Assembly (NCBI GenBank): GCA_965240325.2
Contig: OZ251253.1
Location: forward strand, 496,001-560,000
Reading direction: 5' to 3'
DNA: 64,000 nt
From: Rebecca billardiae RCC1528
Lineage: Eukaryota; Protista; Haptophyta
Both the position numbers and the translations under genes were made by a program. Positions 62,760 to 64,000 of the stretch are shown here, piece by piece. The notes under the pieces were generated by a model that had not been told where the DNA came from, made no database searches, and was given only the letters and a program-made list of their open reading frames with translations. Within the stretch, counting starts at the first letter, position 1. Each line of letters opens with the position of its first letter.

Positions 62760-64000
62760 GCAGTGTCGAGGCAGGAGCGCTGCGGCAGCGAGCGCGCCGG
62801 CGGGGCGGCCGCAGGCCGTTGTTGAGCTGCGCGAGCGCGCGCTCGCCCTGCTGCGGGCGAGCGGCAGCGAGCGGCGGTGCGAATGGAGCGTGCGGCGAGC
62901 ACGGCCACGCCGAGTGCGAGCGGCACCGCCACCGCGCGCCGAGGAGGCAGCAGCGGGCGGCGAGCTGTCGAGGCCGGAGCGCGGCGGCGGCGAGCGCGGC
63001 GGCGGCGCTGCAGCAGGCTGTGTCGAGCTGCGCGAGCGTGCGCTCACCCTGCTGCGGGCGAGCGGCAGCAAAAGCGAGCGGCGGCGCGAATGGAGCGTGC
63101 GGCGAGCACGGCCACGCCGAGTGCACGCGGCACCACCACCGCGTGCTGTGGCGGCAGCAGGCAGGAGCGCGGCAGCAGCGAGCGCGGCGGCAGTGTGGCA
63201 GCAGGCTGTTGTTGGGCTGCGCGAGTGCGCGCTCGCCCTGCTGCGGGCGAGCGGCAGCGAGCGGCGGCGCGAATGGAGCGTGCGGCGAGCACGGCCACGC
63301 CGAGTGCAAGCGGCACCACCACCGCGTGCTGTGGCGGCAGCAGGCGCAGCGGGCAGCGAGCCGTCGAGGCAGGAGCGCGGCAGCAGCGAGCGCGGCGGCA
63401 GTGTGGCAGCAGGCTGTGTCGAGCTGCGCGAGCGTGCGCTCACCCTGCTGCGGCCGAGCGGCAGCAAAAGCGAGCGGCGGCGCGAATGGAGCGTGCGGCG
63501 AGCACGGCCACGCCGAGTGCAAGCGGCACCACCACCGCGTGCTGTGGCGGCAGCAGGCGCAGCGGGCAGCGAGCCGTCGAGGCAGGAGCGCTGCAGCAGC
63601 GAGCGCGGCGGCAGTGTGGCAGCAGGCTGTTGTTGGGCTGCGCGAGTGCGCGCTCGCCCTGCTGCTGGCGAGCGGCAGCGAGCGGCGGGGCGAATGGAGC
63701 GTGCGGCGAGCACGGCCACGCCGAGTGCAAGCGGCACCACCACCGCGTGCTGTGGCGGCAGCAGGCGCAGCGGGCAGCGAGCCGTCGAGGCAGGAGCGCG
63801 GCAGCAGCGAGCGCGGCGGCAGTGTGGCAGCCGGCTGTTGTTGGGCTGCGCGAGTGCGCGCTCACCCTGCTGCGGGCGAGCGGCAGCAAAGGCGAGCGGC
63901 GGCGCGAATGGAGCGTGCGGCGAGCACGGCCACGCCGAGTGCACGCGGCACCACCACCGCGTGCTGTGGCGGCAGCAGGCGCAGCGGGCAGCGAGCCGTC
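62760..64000. repeat. ~210-bp GC-rich tandem repeat with dimeric (~421 bp) higher-order period, continuing beyond the window
   Basis: The anchor gcgaatggagcgtgcggcgagcacggccacgccgagtgc recurs at ~62879, 63086, 63269, 63482, 63690 and 63904. Confidence 0.93.

Noticed and set aside
60258-63944. Long ORFs (833, 757, 519 aa) and serial 70-aa ORFs in the arrays
   Set aside because: They are artefacts of stop-free repeat units; the 110-bp period is not a multiple of 3, so the frames just cycle.

Overview
Eukaryotic, very GC-rich, intron-containing genomic DNA. Introns are short GT(GCGC)...CAG types full of (GC)n/(CA)n tracts; the style suggests a haptophyte/Pavlovales-like alga, which is inference only. 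The left ~22 kb is gene-dense. It holds an E2F transcription factor (minus strand, running off the window) head-to-head with MCM3 across a ~400-bp promoter with E2F-type sites. It also holds a SET-domain protein, an Ala-rich polytopic membrane protein, an (AT)n microsatellite, a Sar1-like GTPase, a four-TM Cys-rich protein, a TauD dioxygenase and a Yme2/RNA12-like degenerate ATPase. The centre (21987-49862, minus strand) is one giant gene, which I spliced by hand into 32 phase-consistent exons (21,447 nt, about 7,148 aa). It encodes a DUF3638/DUF3645-type SF2/SecA-like P-loop core plus two LamG-like domains, two nucleoredoxin-type thioredoxin domains, dynein-stalk MTBD-like segments, two Tudor-like domains, EF-hands and ankyrin repeats. 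This is the most striking object in the window. From ~50.4 kb the DNA changes character: an intronless ORF with an internal duplication, degraded fragments, a 153-bp direct repeat, a 110-bp satellite array and a ~210-bp tandem array that runs off the window. All domain calls are by eye; no searches were run.
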